From the NCBI GenBank assembly GCA_963707985.1, contig CAVPRW010000031.1, positions 384,001-448,000 of the forward strand: a stretch of 64,000 bases of DNA, written 5' to 3'. Below are positions 63,322 through 64,000 of this stretch, piece by piece. Made by a program: the position numbers and the translations under genes. Every line of letters starts with the position of its first letter. The stretch's first letter is position 1. The notes beneath the pieces were generated by a model. That model was not told where the DNA came from. It ran no database searches and saw only the letters and a list, made by a program, of their open reading frames with translations. The stretch is from an uncultured Nitrospinota bacterium. GTDB lineage: Bacteria; Tectomicrobia; Entotheonellia; J063; CAVPRW01.

Positions 63322-64000
63322 ATGAACGCACAGCGATACGATGTGGTCATCATCGGTGGAGGCATCATCGGCCTGGCCACAGCGATGGCGCTGAAGACAG
63401 GCTCGAACATGACGCTCGCCGTGCTCGAAGCGGAGGACCGCCTGGCCCAGCACCAGACCGGGCATAACAGCGGGGTGATTCATTCGGGGTTATATTACCG
63501 GCCCGGCTCGCTCAAGGCTCGCAACTGCGTGGTGGGACGCAGGGCCATGTACGAGTTCTGCCAGGAGCATGGCATCGCTCATGAGCGCTGCGGCAAACTT
63601 GTCGTGGCCACAGACGCCAGCGAGTTGCCGGCACTGGGTGAACTCGAACGACGCGGCCAGGCGAATGGTTTGGAAGGCATCCGTCGCCTGGGACCCGAGG
63701 AGATCCACGAGTATGAGCCACACACCGTCGGCATCGCCGGGCTGTTGGTCCCTGAGACCGGCATCATCGACTACAAGCAGGTGTCTCAGGTCTATGCCGA
63801 CATCATTCGTAAGGAAGGCGGAGAGATTCAGACCAAAGCCCAGGTTCACGGCTGTCGGCGGTACCCCGATGAACTGGTCCTGGAGACCAGCCGTGGGGCG
63901 GTCCACTGTCGCTACCTGGTGAATTGTGGCGGCCTCCATGCCGACGATGTGGCGCGCCTCTGCGGGGTCGACCCGCAACTGCAAATCGTGCCCTTCCGGG
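63322..64000 (+). CDS. lhgO: L-2-hydroxyglutarate oxidase (runs off the window end)
   Basis: IIGGGIIGLA, HQTGHNSGVIHSGLYY.PGSLKA, CGKLVVA, NCGGL.AD, IVPFR. Confidence 0.92.
   Translation, partial: MNAQRYDVVIIGGGIIGLATAMALKTGSNMTLAVLEAEDRLAQHQTGHNSGVIHSGLYYRPGSLKARNCVVGRRAMYEFCQEHGIAHERCGKLVVATDASELPALGELERRGQANGLEGIRRLGPEEIHEYEPHTVGIAGLLVPETGIIDYKQVSQVYADIIRKEGGEIQTKAQVHGCRRYPDELVLETSRGAVHCRYLVNCGGLHADDVARLCGVDPQLQIVPFR

Overview
GC-rich bacterial DNA in two parts. (1) About 1-42,500 is an accessory, mosaic region, almost all on the minus strand. It encodes envelope and transport proteins (MscS, two paralogous K+ channels, two OprB porins, three other beta-barrels, a CPA2 antiporter, HdeD, DUF1345), two arylsulfatases (one fused to OmpA), a HAD phosphatase, a beta-propeller/di-heme lipoprotein and a NapC/NirT-type pentaheme cytochrome. 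It also holds many gene fragments and mobile DNA: a degenerate IS with 16-bp TIRs, an internally deleted group II intron, a 357-bp Tn3-type MITE with 5-bp TSD, two divergent integrase-core IS elements (one apparently carrying a two-gene cargo), a free-standing colicin-D-type tRNase with a non-canonical partner gene, and a wHTH-STAND ATPase regulator with a divergent small gene. (2) From tRNA-Gly(CCC) at 42,787 onward are mostly housekeeping genes: LLM oxidoreductase, tatD, USP, an ArsC/Spx-family protein with an in-frame UGA (probable selenoprotein), sdhCAB, fumC, HIT, TPR proteins, degP, ligA, a CarH/LitR B12 photoreceptor with readable operators, TIGR01777 and lhgO. Many genes carry single-base frameshifts, which may be decay or long-read errors. 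All family calls come from motif recognition by eye; no database searches were run.
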